A DNA stretch of 43,787 nt from Caecitellus pseudoparvulus (Eukaryota > Protista > Bigyra: Bicosoecida): NCBI GenBank assembly GCA_965644315.1, contig CBFFRQ010000199.1, forward strand, positions 1 through 43,787. The letters are read 5' to 3'. Below the pieces are notes generated by a model. That model searched no databases and was not told the DNA's origin. It worked only from the letters and a program-made list of their open reading frames with translations. Below, in pieces: positions 31,452 through 43,787 of this stretch. Made by a program: the position numbers and the translations under genes. Position 1 is the first letter of the stretch; every line of letters begins with the position of its first letter.

Positions 31452-33668
31452 ATGGCGGCAGTGCCATCCCGGCTGCGACAGCTGGTGCGTGGAGCGGAAA
31501 TTGGTTCGCCAATCCTTGGTCTGCAGGAGCCTGCGCCCCCTGCTGCGCGCGCAGGCTAGCCTTGATGTGGAAGGGTCTGGTACTGGTCTGGCATTGCAGA
31601 CACTGGCTCGTGTGCAGGGCAGTGCAGGAAGCGAGGCAGGCACCTCCTGCTCCTCGCTGCGCAAGGTGCTGCACGCAGCGCCAGCCGACGCCACTCTGGA
31701 TCAGGCGACAGCCCTTCTGCGAGCCCTGGAGCCACTTGAGCAGCAATGGAAGAACGTGCTTGACAGCGTTGACATGTGCGGCACGAAGCTAGGCGCACTG
31801 CAAGAGCAGCTGCAAGCCACGCAAGGCAGTGCGGATGGCTTCCTGCAGACTGCACAGGGCCTGCTCCGACGCCGCAGCGCCCTGGAGCGACAGCGCGAGG
31901 CAGCAGAGGCGTTCAATGAGGCACACTTCCTTGACAGTGACGCTGAGGCGCTGCTGGTGCACGCCACGCCTTCCTCCGTCAACGCTGCGTTTCTCGACGC
32001 TCTGCGCCGCGCTGGGCGCCTTCGAGAGCTGTGCAAGACTGAGCTCGTCAGCGGCCCCAACGACGCGGCCTTGGCGGTGCTGGAGCACGTTGCCCAGCTG
32101 CGGGAGACTGCTCTGGGTGTGGCGTTCCAGTGGGCGACTCAGGTTGCAGGTGTCGTGGCACGGGAGCAGGGCGCCTCAGACCAGGTGGCAGCGTTTCACG
32201 CCGCCCTCCCCTCCTGTCGGCGCGGTGGTCATACTTCTCTGCCATAACACGCGACTTTCTGTCCGCCCGCGGTGCCTTCCTGCTTCGCAAGTTCCTGTCC
32301 ACTGCCGCGCAGGCAGGGGGGGCTGACCCCCCCCAGACGGTGTCCACACTCCTTGGGTGGGTACACCAGTGCCTCGTGACGGAGGGAGACGCCCTGAGCA
32401 GCATGGTGCCACAGGCACACCAGGCCTCCAGTGCAGAGGCCGCTGTCAGCGACGGCTGCCTGCACCTGCCCTCTCAGCTGGCCAGCCTTGCCACCCCCCT
32501 GTCGAAGTCCCTTGCAGCGAGGCTGCACCAGCAGATGCAACGCACAGCAGCCGACCCTGTCAGCGCGCTGGCATTGTGGGACGCCGTGGTCTTCTACCAT
32601 GGCCAGCTGACCAAGGCTCTCGTCGGTGCAGGCGAGGACGCCCCCATTCTGCGCGCGACAGACGAGGCAGTTGCCGCAGCCGCGCTGCAGGTGTACAAGG
32701 CGTCGGCTGAGGCGAACCGACGCTTGTCGGAGCAGCTAGCACCCCTGCCTTCTGATCTCCTGCCTCCTCAGGCTGCTGTGGAGTCAGCTGGTGCGCTGCG
32801 GCGCATGCTCACTTCGGCAACTGTCAGCGGGAGCGGGGCATGCGCAGACCAGCGGAGGGCCTGGCCTGCTGAGTGGTGTGCCGAGCACCGCTTGTTTGGG
32901 GTGCTGCATGGGGGGAGCCAGAGCACTCCGATGCGTTGGCTCCAGAGCTTGCTGCGTTTCTGGCCGTGCCGCCGCCCAGCTCAGGCGCGGTTGACCCGAG
33001 TCTCATGGTGCACCACGCCGTGGCGAATGGCGCTGCCTTTCTCCTGCACTCCCTGCACGTGCGAGGCAGTGCACTTGAGGAACCCCAGCTGTGCATGTAC
33101 GTGCTGCGTTGTCGAGCTTGCGAGTCACACACCCGTCCACACGGCAAGCCCCCCGCCTCCACACAGGTACATGCTGAACTGCACGGCTGCCGTGGACAGG
33201 GCTTTGCAAGGCGCCAGTGCCTCAGAGACACATTCGCCAGCAGCTGCGTGGGCAGGCGTGCTGACAGAGGAAGTGCAGTACTGGTGCCGGCGATGTGCCT
33301 CCACCCACGCCTCAAGCATCCTGCTTCGCACAGGGCTCCTGCAGCTGCAGACGACAGCTGCTTCCGCCGCCCAGGGCGAGGCAGCCTCCCTCTCTGCTGA
33401 CGATGTCGCGGCTGCAGGAGAGGCAGTGGCTACCCTGGCGTACTCGGGTGACCTGGAGCCAGGCCTGGTGGGGGTGGTTGACGTTCTGCTCAGGCGCCGG
33501 CTGCGGACTGCTGTGGCCCGAGAGGTGCTGCAGAGCTATACACAGGTGTACGATGCTGCCGTCCGTTGTGCTGGTGACTCGGGCACTGCGCTGCGCCTGG
33601 CTCCTGCGGACTTGGCGGCGCTGCTGGGTATCGCTGACCAAGCGGCCGGCAGTCCGGGCAGTCCCTGA
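31452..33668 (+). CDS. COG6: conserved oligomeric Golgi complex subunit 6 (~692 aa); introns 31485-31554 and 33097-33166; apparent frameshifts at 32208-32211 and 32910-32915
   Basis: FLDSDAEALL..VNAAFLDALRRAGRLRELC..LEHVAQLRETALGVAFQW, DPPQTVSTLLGWVHQ and YMLNC match COG6 motif order. Confidence 0.8.
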
Positions 33669-33744
33669 ACCTGGCACACAATCCACAAGTCGCGGACCAC
33701 ATGAACCGTGCATGCCGCATGCCTGCCATTGCCACTGCGCCATC

Positions 33745-36234
33745 ATGGCGGGGCCCAGCGCTGCCGTGGGCGGCGGCAGCACTCCTGCACCCTTCGTAAC
33801 ACCATCGCCTGGTGGCAGCCTGCTGCTGCTGCGTGACAGCCCGCTGTTCGAAGACCGCGTGACGGTGGTGGAGTCCAACGCTGTGGGAGACACTGTGCAC
33901 CATGAATATGTCATTCGAGTGCTGCGGGGATCACGAGTGCGTGGTGCTGCTGCGCAGGCTGGGGACGGAGCCGCGTTTCACGCCGCGTTTCGCCCGCCGC
34001 CCAGGACGGCGCCCTGCGTGAAGCCATTCTCCGCATCGAGCTGACGGACGAAAGCACCGCGCTGGCGGTGCTGTCCATGACTGTCAGCGAGAACGAGTTC
34101 CACACGCTCAAGAACGCCGAGGGCATCCGCGTTGACTTCAACGAGTTCCCCTCTGAGTTTATCCAGCTCGTGCAGGCTTGCCAGCAGACGGCGGGTGCAA
34201 CGACGTTTCCACGGTGAGTTGCCCGGGCCTGGCATTTGAACTGAGGGACGTGCCGTTGGAGGCGAGGGCTTCCCCATCCTGCAGTGTCTGCAGCCAAACA
34301 CCGCATGCCACTGTCCCAATGCGTGTCTTGTTATCCCTCGCCTTGCCCCGTGGTGGCCATGCGGCCTGCTGTCGGTTCTACCAGCCCTTTGCTGAGCTGA
34401 GCGTGGAACGCGGAAATTGACCGGCCCTCCCCCACACGTGCGCGCTCCCCACCGCGGCCGCAGGTACTCTGCGACGCTGACCGACACTGAGGATGCCACC
34501 AAGAAAGTCTTGAACATCGTGGAAACCAACAGGTTCAAGAACGTCACCCACCTGTCTCTGCCCCTCAGCCGAGCCCAAGATGCCGACATGGTGTCCTACC
34601 TCGCTGCCCGCCTGCACCAAGTCAAGGTCACTGGCGCAGAGGTGCAGAACCAGCTGGACGCACTGCAAGACGCCCACTCTCGCATGGCTGATCGGCTGGC
34701 CTCCACAGAGGCCGCCTTGGCATCTGCCCAGTCCGCAAGTGACTCCACCACCGCCACACTCAAGGTCACCCACGCCGCTGAGCTGAGCAAGGTGCGGGAA
34801 GAAGCAGCCATGGCTGCTGAAGCCGCCTCGCAGCGGCATGCCGCCGACCTCGCGTCAGCCGCCAAGGAAGCTCGCAGGGAGCTGGCTTCCCTGCGAGCCA
34901 CTGTGGATGAGGGCGCCACGCAGCGTGCTGCGCTGGAGCGGCAGGTGGCACAGCTACAGGCTGACCTGCGGGACGCCCAGCGGGAAGGCGCTGACTGGCG
35001 GGGCAAGGCGGAAGCCGCCGAGGCGGAGCTGGTGTCCCATCGCAGTGCCGCTGAGGCCGCCGGCCAGCACCGGGTGGCCCAGGAAAAAGACTTGTCCTCC
35101 TCCACATTGCGGGTGGCGGCGCTGGAGCAGCAGGTGGCAGATGGCCAGCAGCTGCTGCAGGCTGTGCGGGAGCGCCTGGAGGCTGAGGTGTCGGCGCATG
35201 GCCGCACGAGTGACAGCCTGGCCCTGTACAAGACCTCCTTCGGCAAGCTGCAGGGCAAGCTGAACACCAGCATCTCCGAAATTGAGAAGGGCAACCGCAT
35301 CATCACCCGCCTGAAGGAGGACCAGCGTGTCCTGCGCGCCAAAGTCAAGCTTCACGCCAGCCAGGCCAAGCAAGCCGAGCTTACGGCCAATGCCCGTGCT
35401 GACGACTTGCGCCGTGCGTTGGCCGATGTGGCCGACGCGAAACGCAGAGCCGGGGACGCCGAGTCACTGCAGGAGCAAGCACAGGCCAAGGTCACGACAC
35501 TCACAGAGCAGTTGGAGGAAGCGCGTGGCATCATCAGCCGCAATACGGCAGTCATCGACCACCTCAACCGGGCTGTGAACGAGTTGGAGGGACAGCGCTT
35601 CAGCCGACCGGGCACCTTCTCGCATGCGAGCACCTTCACACCAAGTCGCACCGGCGCCTCGCGGCACCTGCACACGTCTTTCGCCACTACGCCCAACCCA
35701 GCTGCGCGCCATGACACTGCCCGTGCCCCCGAACCCTCACGACCGCCCCAGCCGCTGCCGAGCTCGACCAGCCCCCCAGCTGACATTGCAGCTCGCATGG
35801 CTGCCCGCGTCGCCACCATGGCTGACTCGCTGCGTGTGGGCTCAAGCGATGCTGGACAGCAGCGCCGCAACGGTGCCAGCAGTGATGCCGCCGACAGGCC
35901 TGCCCCACACGCCCAAGCTGGGTCGGCTGTCGACACCACAGCCTCCACAGCCAGCCCACGGCGGGAAGGGGCGCCGCTGACGCAAGGGGAACGCAAGCAA
36001 GCAGCAGCCATGGCAGGCTTGTCCTCTTTGCTCGGCGACACCCACAAACCTGCCGCCAACCACGCATACTTCACGTCCGATTTCTTCGGGGCGGAGGAGG
36101 AGGACTCTGAACCACCTTCAGCAGACGCGCGCCACCCGCCAGCGGCAGGCCCCCGCACCTCCACGCGCACTGTGGACTCATCCATGGGCAGTGACTCCGC
36201 CCCCCACATGCACCTAGCAGCTGCGCATGCGTGA
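33745..36234 (+). CDS. SASS6: centriolar cartwheel protein SAS-6 (723 aa); introns 33937-34004 and 34214-34463
   Basis: Head-domain motifs LRIELTDE, VSENEFHTLKNAEGIRVDFNEFP and LNIVETNRFKNVTHLSLPL, followed by a long coiled coil and a disordered tail. Confidence 0.92.
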
Positions 36235-36865
36235 GGAAGGGCGAGCTGTACACTTCTGCCCTCCATGGTGTGTGGGAAACAAGTGCAGCTGCTCTGGACA
36301 CCACGCCAAGGGCGGAAATGTTGCAGCACTTTGCACCCCTAGCCATCGTTCCCCACCATCGGCCCGGCCGTCTTGCATTCGAAATCACACGCTTGGGCGG
36401 CTACGAGGCGCATGTGACCAACAGGGCAACAGCAGGTCGCGGAGCACCGTTACGGGCCCAAATCTAACCACCCAACTTCACCTGCGGAAGTGAGAATGGC
36501 ATGCAATTCAAAGAGGTTCGCCCCATCTCGGTGCTGCAGGCCTCGCATTGGTGGCAAGTTCAGCACGGTGCCCTCGTCGCAGGCGACGCAACGCTGCGGT
36601 CATCCACTCCACCTCCCCCCGCCGCCCACGGCAAGGTCGGGCGGCACTTGGCAGTCGTGCTCTGGGGTGAAGACAAAGCAGGCGCTTGCCCATCCACTTG
36701 CCAGGCTTGGGCGTGGTCGTGGGCATGGAGGGCTGGGCATTCTCTGCAAGCTCCCCTGTCACCCAGGGAGCACCAAAGCACTCTTTTTCTAGCTTGCACA
36801 GCTGCAGCACAGAGCGTGCTGCTGCCCATCGAAGTTATACGGTAGATCAGCAGCGACGTACACGC

Positions 36866-39800
36866 ATGCTCTCTAAAACTTGGGGCTGGAGCACCTGGGC
36901 GGTGGCTGGCTTCGTGTTGCTGGTGCACTGCACGTGCGCCGAGCCGTCAGCGCTTGGTGGCTCGAGTGGTGATCCCCGCCAGCCTTGGCGGGATGCAGTC
37001 CCTGGAGTCCAGCCAATAGCAGCCACAGCCTTGCAAGGCGTCTCCACGCCGCAGGTGGGCGGCCTGCGGTTCCTGTCGTACACACCGCTGTCTGACGCGC
37101 TCGGCAGCGCAGCCAGTGGCGTCAGCGCCTCGGCTGGCCCAATCAGCGTTGGCGGTGGCGTGTCTCTGCCGCTGGGCTTGCCGCCAGGCTCTTTTCTGCC
37201 CACACCTAACGTGACTGTTGGCGTCACTGCGGCCCATGTTGGGGTGCAGGATGCGTTTCTGCGGTGGGACTTCAACCTGACGTTCGGCGGTAGCGACTTG
37301 CCCGCTTCCAGCGACCCCTCGCCTTTCCTTCCATACAAGGCGGACTGGCTGGCGGTGGGGAACATTGGGTATGCAGTGAATGGCGCCATACCTTCGTCCT
37401 TACCAGAGCACGCGCTGTACACGCGGAATGGCAGCGTCATGTGGGTGGCCCGGGACGTGCAGCACACTGACGCTGACTTGAACCTGCCCAGCCCAGCAAA
37501 CATTGCCATCCAAGTGCACGTGGAGTGGACTGTGGGACATGCAGAGCCCACAGTGTCCTGTGCAGAGGCGCGGGTATGGCGTGGGTGGCGGTGGGCCGTC
37601 CTTGACGCGACGGCAGTTTGCTCAGGCATGGTGATGCAGCACCCAGTGCTGCCCACCGGCCCTGGCCAGCCAAGCGCCGATGCAGGCAGCGCAGCACACC
37701 CACGCGCATGGCAGGCCCCTGCCCATGCTGCCCGTGTCGTACTGCACATGCCCCTGCAAGAGACCCTCCTCGACCCTACGCAAGTGGCCCTGTGGCAGAA
37801 CACGTCGCCCGACCCTCGCGCTGCGACTGCAGTCCAGTCAAGTTGTCGGCGTCGCAAGTCTACTAAATGCGTCCAGCTGGGTGGATGTCGCCGAGCAGGG
37901 GCCGGTGGCGTGGCAGGGCTTGGCTGCCCCGGGCCCTGTCGCCTCCTTCCCGCCGCTCACACAGGCTCTGCGTCCGGCCACGGCAGGGGTGGTGCTGGCT
38001 GTCTCAGGGCACTCTCATGGCTGCAGCATCTTCGTGGGAGGCGGCGTCAAGTGCTATGGTGTGGGCGGCCCACAGTCACTGCTGCAGAATGGCGCCGGCC
38101 GCCTTGGCTACGGCTCCACCGACAATGTGGGGGATGAGGAGCCCCTGGGGGACATCCCCTTCGTGTCGCTGCCTGGCCCCGCTCGAGCCCTGTCCCTGGC
38201 GTCCATGCATACGTGCACTGTGCTGCACAGCGGGCAAGTCATGTGCTGGGGGTGGAATGGGTGGGGCCAGTGTGGCCGCTACCCCACGTCGAGCACCACC
38301 AACATCGGGGATGACGAGCTGCCAATAGACTTCGGCCCAGTGCCCCTTCCCGCCAGTGCTGGGCTCACCATCCACGTGGCGACGTCAGACACCAGCACCT
38401 GTGCCTTGAACACCCTGGGGCAGGTGCACTGCTGGGGACAGGGGAACGTTGGGCAGCTGGGGGACGGCACGTCCACTGGCATTCGCGAAGCCGCCCAGGC
38501 CCTCCCTGCCCTCCTCAGCGCTGCAGCAGTGGACATCCAGGGCGGGCATCAGCACTACTGCGCGCTGCTCATCACGGGGCACCTGCAGTGCTGGGGCTCG
38601 AACAAGCCAGATGTGGGGCTGACACAGACCGGCGGACAGCTGGGCCTGGGCCACATCTGGAATGTGAACGACCCATCCGCAGTCGGCACGACGCCTCTGG
38701 GCATGGGACGGGTGCTGAACATGGCAGTGGGCTCCATGCACGCGTGTGTCGTGGGCGCCAGTGGGGGCGCGCTGTGTTTCGGCGGAAACGTGAACGGCTT
38801 CCTGGTCACCTCCATCAGCCTGAACGGCGACGACCCCACCTCAGACAACGTGCTGTACGGACGCCTGGGGCTGGCTGTGGCTGCCAGCATCGGCGACGAT
38901 GAGACTGCTGAGCACGGCCCTGTGGTGAGGCTCCCCGCCCCCATCACATCCATCGCCTGTGGTGAACTGCACAACTGCGCCGTCGTGGTGGGGGGCGACC
39001 TGTATTGCTGGGGCATCCTCACCTTCGGCGAGGGGGCAGCCTGCTAGGGTCGGGGGAGGCCTTCATCCGAGTGGCTAACGACGGCAGCAGTGGCCAAGCC
39101 GAGTGGCCTGGCGTGCCAGTGGGCGCGGACGGACCAGTGCTGCTGCAGGGCGGGGCTGTCGCCGCGGCGCCTGGCTTCCTGTACACCAGCGTGCTGATGC
39201 AGGGCGGCGCACTCACGCACATGGGCATGTCGCTGGAGGGGCGTGGGGGGCTGGGCAAGTCTGCCACGCAGGGCCAGTCCACGCCCCTGTACCTGTTGCC
39301 CCTGGTGCCACAACGGTATGACGCCACCCCCACCATCGCTGCATCTCTGGCTCTGCGCCCGCCCCGGCACGCTGACGGTGTCAGCATCTCGGGGTGGGGA
39401 GGCCGTGTCTGTGTGCTGCGTGAGGGCGGCCGGGTGTCGTGCTGGGGCAGTGGCGACGGCACATGGCCGTACTTGGGCCTGCCGCAGCCTTTCTTTCAGG
39501 GCGACTCCCAGCACATCGGGGACGACGAGATGTGGTGGCAGGCGCCGTCAGTGCCGCTGCCTGAAGCTGCCAGCCAAGTGTCGGTGGGCCAGCGCGCCAC
39601 CTGTGCCATCCTCCGCGACTCACGACGCTTGGTGTGTTGGGGGTACATTCATGAGGCAGCGTATGGCGGGCAGGGAGTTCCGTGGCGCTCCCTGCAAGAG
39701 CTGCCACTGTCTGTGCGCACGCCCCCCTTCGTGTTTGGTGGCATCAGCGATGAAGCCATCGTGGACGTGAGGGTGGGGGACAAGGTCTCCTGTGTTCTGA

Positions 39801-42800
39801 ACGCTGCTGGCCGGGTGCGGTGCTGGGGGGACAGCGCCTATGGCTGCTTGGGACACCCTACTGCAGACTTGGCAGCACTGCATAATTCCAGCAATGTGCT
39901 GGGCCTGGCTCACCCAGTCACGGCGTTCCCCCCCCTGCCCCTCGCGGCAGGCATTGGTGCGCCCCCGGACACGTTGTCCGCTGTCGCAGCGGGGAACCAC
40001 TTTGCCTGTGCGGTGACAGTGCACGGCAATGTCACGTGCTGGGGCCGCAACCACCATGGCCAGCTGGGGTACGGCAACATGGTGAACAGCGCTGATAGGG
40101 GGGTGGACACCCATCAGCACAGGGATACCTGCGCTTCAACCAGACCTTTGCAAGGGTGCCGGCTGTGCGCGTGTCAACGGGGGACACGCATGCGTGTGTG
40201 GTGTTCGCAGATGGTGGGGTGCAGTGCTGGGGGCAGCACACCTCCAACAACGGCTTTGACGGACAGGGCAAGGCCGGAGTGCCGTTGCAGGGGGCCCAAA
40301 AGTCGGCCATGATGGCCAACTGGAGTATGACACCAACGGCAACGTGTGCAACTCCATGACGCAGTACATGTTGGCCTGCATGCCGCGTGTGCGGCTGTCA
40401 GGCCCTGCCATCGACGTGTTCGCTGGGTCGCGGCACACCTGTGCCCTGCTGCAGTCAGGCCACCTGCAGTGTTGGGGCGAGGGTGTGTCAGGCGGCCTGG
40501 TCACGGGCGGCACTGCGTCTGTGGGGGACATCAAGGCCCCCGCCGAGGTGGGCGTGGCAGGACTGCCTCCAGCCGTGCGCTCTGTGGCCACGCCCCTCGC
40601 TACAACGTGCGTCGTGCTGTGGGGAGGTGCTGTCAAGTGCTTCGGCCTCGATGAGGACGGCCTGCGTGGCCGCGGCACCACCACGTCCACTGACACTCGA
40701 GGCATTGCCCGCCACGCCACACACGCCGCCCAGTGGGCGCTGGACCTGTCAGGGTACCTGACCCTGGCAGGCATCTCCACGCGCCCTGCAGTGGTGGGCA
40801 GCCGTGGCTCGTGGCGCAGCATCACCCAAGTGCACACATGTGTCACGTGCAACATGGCTGAGCTGCCTGGACTGCCCCCCTGGCTGTTCGCCTCCTTGCA
40901 CGGCGCCGACGAGGTGTCCATCCCGCTGCCGCAAGCCGCACTGGGCATTCCCTGCACCATCGCTGGCATGCCCACACAGGAGGGCAGTGGCGTGTGCACA
41001 GCCTGGACAGGGTGTTCGGCCGGCGGCGGGGGCACGCAGAGCGCCGTGCAGGCGTGGAGCACCACGTGTGCCTGGCCAGACACGTGGGTGCACGCCAACG
41101 GCACCCTTGCCATCCACGCCGCCATGGATGCCGCCCTGCCGCTGGACACTCCCCCCGGACCCGACACGGGAGTCACCGTGGCGTCTCAAGGAGGCACGCT
41201 GGTGCGCCTGTGGGGCGTCTTTTGGGCACTCAGCATCGTCTCATCCACCTCCAAGCACTTCACCATCACAGTGGGCGGTGCGGCCTGCACTGCGCCCTCC
41301 CTCGTCGGGCAAGGCGGCCGTGTCCTGCACTGCCTCGCGCCGCCCCTACCCAGCGCCAACGTGTCGGGGGGTGTCCCCATCCTCCTGCACCACACTGTGC
41401 CGGGCCTGCCGTCCCCCATCGCCGGCACGACGGCTGCAGCGCGACTGCAGTATGAGCCGCCGCAAATCACCGCCGCCATCCCCAGCGCTGGGCTGAGCAT
41501 CACAGGGCAAGACATCCAACTGCGCGGATTCGGCTTGGGCCAGGCAACCAGCGCCCTCGCCGCCGCCGCCGTGCCCTTCCAACTCCCCCTCAACGCGACG
41601 GCTGTATGGGTGCACACCCCGGCGAACTCCACTTGGCAGGTGACAGGGCAATGTGCATTGTTGGGCGCTTCGCGGCTGTCTGGGCTGCTGCACTGCCGCA
41701 TGCCACCAGGCACGGGAACGGTGGGCCTGACTGTGTCTGTGGCTGGCCAGGAGTCCTGGCCGCCCGTGACCGTGCAGTACGCCACACCCAGCATCGAAGC
41801 TGTGGAGGTTCTGGGGCAGGAAGCTGTCCTGGTGTGGGGTGCGCGCGGCACGGCTGCTGTGGCCATTCACGGCGCCAACCTGGGCCTCGCCAACTCCACA
41901 GTGCACGCCAGTGTCGGGGACGCGCAATGTGGCAGTGCCACCGTCATCAATGCCTCTTACATTCTGTGTTCCGCCCTTCCTCTGTCGGACGTGGAGCGGG
42001 AATTGCCCCTGGTCGACACACTCCTGTTGCGTGGCGGCGGTGATGTAGCTGCGCGCCTGCCAGCCTCAGCCCCCGTGCTGGGCCAGCCGCTGCTGACTGG
42101 CGTGCTGCCCTTCCCAGCAGACATTGCCGGGCAAGTGCTCACTCTCTTCGGGCTGCGGCTGGCCACACACGTGGGCCAGGTGGCCGCCGTAACGCTGGGG
42201 CCCCACAACGCCTCCTGCATCCCCCTGTCAGCGGCATCCACAGGGGCCTCCGTGCAGTGCCAGCTGCCCCCTGGCCTTGGTCCCCTCACCCCCATCCACT
42301 TCACGCGCCGGGGCGGTGCGTCTGCGACGCTGGTCGAAGCGCCAGCCATTGCACGTTACGCGGCGCCAGTTGTGGCACAGGTGCAACCTGCGTCCGTCTT
42401 CGCCAGGCCAACAGCAGGGCAGGCGTTCTTGAATGTCACGCTCAGTGGCAGCTCTCTGGCAGTGGCTGGCGTGAATTTCTCACACGAAATCCGCATTTGC
42501 GGCGTGCCCTGCCCTGCGGTTCAAGCCCAGGCACCAGGGCAGCTGCTCTGCGCTGGGCTGGATGCGGCTGCCCTGCAAGCGCCGGCCACTGCACGTGCAG
42601 GTGGGCAAGCAAGCGCCAACTGCCCCGTGCAGCTGTCCATGCTGGGGCAGGTCGTGGCCACCGCCCCTGCACCGCTGACTGTGCTGCTGCAACCCAGCAT
42701 CAGCGCTGTGCAGCCATCCACGTTGTCCACGGCCGGCGGTGCCCTGACCGTGTTTGGCAGCAACTTCGCCGCTGAGCTGGAGCTGGATGGCGTGCGCTCC

Positions 42801-43787
42801 GTGACGGTCGGCAGCGGTCCATGCACTGGCGTTGTGGTGACTTCGCCCGGCACACTCACCTGCACGGCGCCGACGTGGCAGGCTGCGGGGGGCGCCGTGG
42901 GCCTCGCGCCCGTGACCGTCACCCTGGTGTCTGGTGGCAACTTCACCCTCGCATCTGCGCTGCGGTTTGCTTCCCCCGAGATCATCCAAGTCTCCGGCAC
43001 GCTGCAGTTCCTCGCAGCGCCCTCGTCGCCCACCACCTCCACTATCTCCTTCATTGGCCCGGTGCTGGCTGGCCCGGACCAGCCCAGCACCGGGCAGGAG
43101 GAGGTGTTCGTGCGGGATGCCGACGGCGACACACTTGCGACGTGCAGCGGCATGGGCGGCACCATGCGTGCTCGTCAAGTCGGCAGCAGCGTGGAAGCCA
43201 GCTGCACCGACTTCCGTGAGGCAGCCTTGCCGCCTGTGCCAGCAGGCGACGTCGTAGAACTCGCCTTGGTGCTGCGAACGCACACAGGCATTGACGTGAC
43301 AGCGCAGAGTGCTCGCCTGCTGGTGCATGGGCCGCCCCTCGTCACTCGCGTCAGCCCTGCGCAGGGCTTCGCGAACACCACGCGCGTGACGCTGTCCGGC
43401 GCCAACTTTGGCGCCACTGCAGCCCACATCGCCCGTGTTTCAGTGGGCGCCCTGCACTCCGTGCCGTTTGAGTGGGGGGGTGGCACCAGCATTCTGCTGC
43501 ACCAAGGAGTGCCTGCACAGCCAGACGGCCGCCTGGACGCCTTGCCCATCACAGTGCACACTGTTGGGCAGCAGGCATCACTGCCCGCCAGTGCAGGCGT
43601 GGCGGACTTTTCGTACCAGCTGCCCCTGCAGCCACCCACAGCTTCCCCCACCCTGTTCTGCGCGCAGCAGTCCCCCGCTGGCGTACTGTCCATCGTGCTG
43701 CTGTGGCCAGGTGACCGTGTGACGCGAGCACTGGGTATCGCCTCGTGGACTGTGCACGTGCAGCCGTGGACTGGCAATGCGACGGTG
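36866..43787 (+). CDS. second giant RCC1/IPT secreted or receptor-like protein, paralog of 21859-30659, runs off the window; apparent frameshifts near 37808-37810, 39032-39036, 40098-40103, 40290-40294
   Basis: Signal peptide MLSKTWGWSTWAVAGFVLLVHCTCA, shared N-domain (FLSYTPLSD, WDFNLTFGG) and RCC1 repeats. Spot checks indicate one frame stays open from ~40293 to the window end, encoding IPT units (YEPPQITAAIP, PLVTRVSPAQG..VTLSGANFG). Confidence 0.8.

Noticed and set aside
31452-33668. COG6 and the giant genes as pseudogenes
   Set aside because: All breaks are 1-nt homopolymer changes with no other in-frame stops, so sequencing error is more parsimonious.
15698-43777. Numerous long antisense and alternate-frame ORFs (e.g. 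16547-17479, 20737-21843, 35352-36329, 40136-41176)
   Set aside because: Shadows of GC-rich real genes; low-complexity Ala/Arg/Pro products with no family motifs.

Overview
Gene-dense, GC-rich eukaryotic genomic DNA from a centriole-bearing organism, probably a flagellate protist (short GT-AG introns mostly 65-90 nt, SAS-6 present). From left to right: (1) a nearly complete ~4.5 kb PIF/Harbinger-type DNA transposon, with its left TIR cut by the window edge and its right TIR at about 4502-4529. It carries a DDE transposase with an unusual C-terminal extension ending in a chromodomain-like motif, plus a convergent spliced accessory gene that is probably Myb/SANT-like. (2) A GT61 glycosyltransferase. 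(3) A tandem array of four ankyrin-like repeat genes on a 1640-bp period with mosaic structure. (4) A ~13-TM membrane protein whose C-terminal part resembles PHTF/7TM ion-channel proteins. (5) Housekeeping genes ELP6, RPL31 and TTC4/CNS1. (6) Two divergently oriented giant paralogous secreted/receptor-like genes (novel N-domain, RCC1/BLIP-II propellers, IPT/TIG arrays; the complete one ends in a Cys-rich region plus multi-TM domain), flanking COG6 and SAS-6. Nine apparent single-base frameshifts at G/C homopolymers, two of them in COG6, are most likely long-read errors. All family calls come from motif recognition by eye; no database searches were run.
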